Of a stretch of DNA of 43,772 bases, positions 41,997-43,772 are shown piece by piece (positions within the stretch are counted from its first letter, which is position 1; each line of letters begins with the position of its first letter). The stretch is from a virus (Duplodnaviria > Caudoviricetes). The position numbers and the translations under genes were made by a program. The stretch covers positions 1-43,772 of the IMG/VR virus record IMGVR_UViG_3300024284_000009; one strand, 5' to 3'. A model generated the notes under the pieces. That model saw only the letters and a list, made by a program, of their open reading frames with translations. It had not been told where the DNA came from and made no database searches.

Positions 41997-42603
41997 TGCT
42001 CACACCCTCCCGTTGTGTCCTCGGATCCATGAACACCCGCGCGATCGCCGCCGCCACCGCGCGGGACGCCTCGGGGTACGGCTCAAGCGCGGCGAGCAAA
42101 CAACGCTCAAGCCGCGCCCACCCTGGGTGGTCCCGCACATAGCGATCCTCGGAGAGCTCTACCGCCGCCTCCAAACGCATACGGAGCGTGAGCACCTTCG
42201 CCTCCGCCTCGGAGAGCCGGATCCGCTCAGGGCTCATGAGCCCGCGCTGGTTCCGATCCGCGCGTATGGCTGCGAGCAACGCTAGACAATCCTCCAACGT
42301 GGTTGGAGTGGCCACGGGGGCGAGGGTGCTAGGTGGCGAGGGTGCGGGGGCTGCGGTGGGATCGAGGGAGCCACCGGGGCGGATGAGCCACGCGCGCTGA
42401 GGGATACCGAACGCGTTTTCAATCTTCGCGCGCGCTTCAGCCCCTGGTGTTTTGCGACCATGGCGCCAGTCCAATACGGACTGAGGGCTCCGCATGTGGA
42501 GTTCACGGGTGATCGCGTGGATCGATCCCGTGACATGTAGGAACATGCGTTGCCCCTCGCTGCGAAGCTGGGGCTCAGGCTCCTCCCCGAGCCCCCCGCT
42601 CAT
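41932..42603 (-). CDS. HTH protein, possible terminase small-subunit component
   Basis: ITRELHMRSPQSVLDWRHGRKTPGAEARAKIENAFGIP HTH followed by a helical domain; in the packaging operon. Confidence 0.55.
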   Translation of the reverse strand: MSGGLGEEPEPQLRSEGQRMFLHVTGSIHAITRELHMRSPQSVLDWRHGRKTPGAEARAKIENAFGIPQRAWLIRPGGSLDPTAAPAPSPPSTLAPVATPTTLEDCLALLAAIRADRNQRGLMSPERIRLSEAEAKVLTLRMRLEAAVELSEDRYVRDHPGWARLERCLLAALEPYPEASRAVAAAIARVFMDPRTQREGVSNGEQASGVQEPRRISGGEHPG

Positions 42604-42992
42604 AGCGTTGCGTCACCCTTGGCGAGGTAGGGGCTCACAGGCTTTTCCTCGGGTGTTGCTCCCGCCGCTCGCCCATACAGCCGTGGGAACTTCCGCTCAA
42701 GGTTCCACGCCGCCGCTCGCCAGTTCCCCTGGGTGGGTTGCCCCGCCGCCGCACGGCTCACCACCGTTTGATTACGAATCGCATCCTCCGCGATCGCGCG
42801 GCTCACTTCGCGAAACAGCATGTCGTAAGGCTCCTCGCCCAGCTCCCCCGCGGCGAGCCACTCATCCAGCTCCCGCACGGTGAGCCCCGCGAACGCCGCC
42901 GCATGCTCGCGAGTGGCCCCCATCCGAAAAGCCTCAATGAGGCGAGTACGGATCTCCTGGGTGTACACCGGGGCTGTGGCTTGGCGTTTCAT
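42600..42992 (-). CDS. putative terminase small subunit
   Basis: RLIEAFRMGATREHAAAFAGL...WL..GE and WRAAAWNLERKFP..YG; first gene of the late operon. Confidence 0.65.
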   Translation of the reverse strand: MKRQATAPVYTQEIRTRLIEAFRMGATREHAAAFAGLTVRELDEWLAAGELGEEPYDMLFREVSRAIAEDAIRNQTVVSRAAAGQPTQGNWRAAAWNLERKFPRLYGRAAGATPEEKPVSPYLAKGDATL

Positions 42993-43010
42993 GGTGCCTA
43001 CAGTGAGATC

Positions 43011-43038
43011 ACTATAGGGAGATCACACCATATCGCAA
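43011..43038 (-). promoter_or_regulatory. late/packaging promoter with operator TAGGGAG-ATCA-CACCATA (43015-43032)
   Basis: TTGCGA-16-TATAGT on the minus strand with the palindrome in the spacer. Confidence 0.65.
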
Positions 43039-43050
43039 GGTAGCGGACGG

Positions 43051-43092
43051 AAAAGCAAACGCCCCCGCACGGAGAATCTCCATGCGGAGGCG
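43051..43092 (-). terminator. intrinsic terminator
   Basis: Minus strand CGCCTCCGCATGGAG-ATT-CTCCGTGCGGGGGCG followed by TTTGCTTTT. Confidence 0.55.
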
Positions 43093-43144
43093 TTGCCCCC
43101 AGCTGCTCAGTCCCGACCACCAGCACGAGCGAATCAACTAGACC

Positions 43145-43351
43145 TTAGCGATCGCGTGGCTCCACGTCAATCAAGGGACCTAACAACGCGTGCTCAGCCT
43201 CGATGATGGAGAGAATCACCCGCGCGCGCTCGACACCTATGCGCACTGCGAGGCGGCGAAACTCGCGCTCCGTGTCACCTGCGATGGGTGGTGGAGCTGG
43301 GAGGCGAGCGAGCGGCGGGGAGGTGGCGAGTGCTTGGTTTTTAGTGGTCAT
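43145..43351 (-). CDS. hypothetical protein
   Basis: Start MTTKNQ; EREFRRLAVRIGVERARVIL. Confidence 0.5.
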   Translation of the reverse strand: MTTKNQALATSPPLARLPAPPPIAGDTEREFRRLAVRIGVERARVILSIIEAEHALLGPLIDVEPRDR

Positions 43352-43628
43352 TGCTTGGTTGTGGCTCCTCATCGGGTGGAAAGTTGAGCCGCGGGACCGT
43401 GAGCAGCTTTCGCGCGAAAGTGACTAACACCAGGTCCCGCGCAGAATCGGGGAGCACCTCCACCGCGATAGACGCCAGCATCCCCGCGAGCAATAACAGC
43501 GCGTTCATCTGTACATCGATGGAGAGCGGCTCAAACTCATGCGCGATGAACTTGAGCGCGCGCTTGATGGGTTGATCCTCGGGATCCTCGGGTGTGTTAG
43601 GTGTGTTCTCTTGAGTATCATCACCCAT
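43341..43628 (-). CDS. hypothetical protein
   Basis: Start MGDDTQ with GAGG upstream; ORF track start 43766 likely too long. Confidence 0.55.
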   Translation of the reverse strand: MGDDTQENTPNTPEDPEDQPIKRALKFIAHEFEPLSIDVQMNALLLLAGMLASIAVEVLPDSARDLVLVTFARKLLTVPRLNFPPDEEPQPSNDH

Positions 43629-43772
43629 GATGTAACCTCGCGTGCGATGGGAATAAAGGCAACTGGCTACGTAATGGCAACTGGGATGCGATTCCAGATT
43701 TTCCTGGGGGCGGCGGGTTTTGTTCCAGGCTTCCCAGGTATTCGGGGATTTTTGCCGGAGTTTCAAAAAGGG

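Larger units (their letters stand above)
1..43772. mobile_element. Temperate contractile-tailed bacteriophage, apparently complete genome
   Basis: Full head/tail/baseplate operon, integrase, repressor switch and replication module; no host housekeeping genes; minus-strand small genes at both window ends would be collinear if the ends are joined. Confidence 0.92.

Noticed and set aside
19900-43000. Numerous plus-strand ORFs opposite the structural genes
   Set aside because: Expected antisense open frames in high-GC coding DNA; no motifs, RBSs or operon packing

Overview
The window looks like an essentially complete, GC-rich temperate phage genome with a contractile tail (myovirus type) and no host genes. 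The host is probably a myxobacterium (inference from the style of one lipoprotein). Minus strand 43.0 to 19.2 kb is the virion operon: two HTH/TerS-like genes, a RhuM-type gene, TerL, DUF935 portal, S49 protease-scaffold, decoration protein, Mu gpT-like capsid, neck, sheath, tube, frameshifted tail chaperone, tape measure, baseplate, a 1561-aa repeat-rich tail fibre and a glycosyltransferase-like gene. Next come a tyrosine integrase with a likely attP, an accessory region (13.7-17.5 kb), a recombination operon (PD-(D/E)XK nuclease, split RecD2), a cI/cro-like switch, and a primase-helicase followed by an iteron-rich origin, a RuvC-like resolvase and small genes. The most unusual feature is a mirror-symmetric ~2.1 kb island (13670-15841) built from seven copies of one promoter element. 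Four copies drive leaderless small genes. Three start transcripts with an identical 18-nt 5' sequence, and two of those appear to be ORF-less ~100-nt RNAs. In three copies the -35 box is the asymmetric core of a 14-9-14 palindrome abutting the previous gene's stop codon. A separate 18-bp operator palindrome occurs at four key promoters. No lysis genes could be recognised. Family assignments come from reading motifs by eye, not from database searches.
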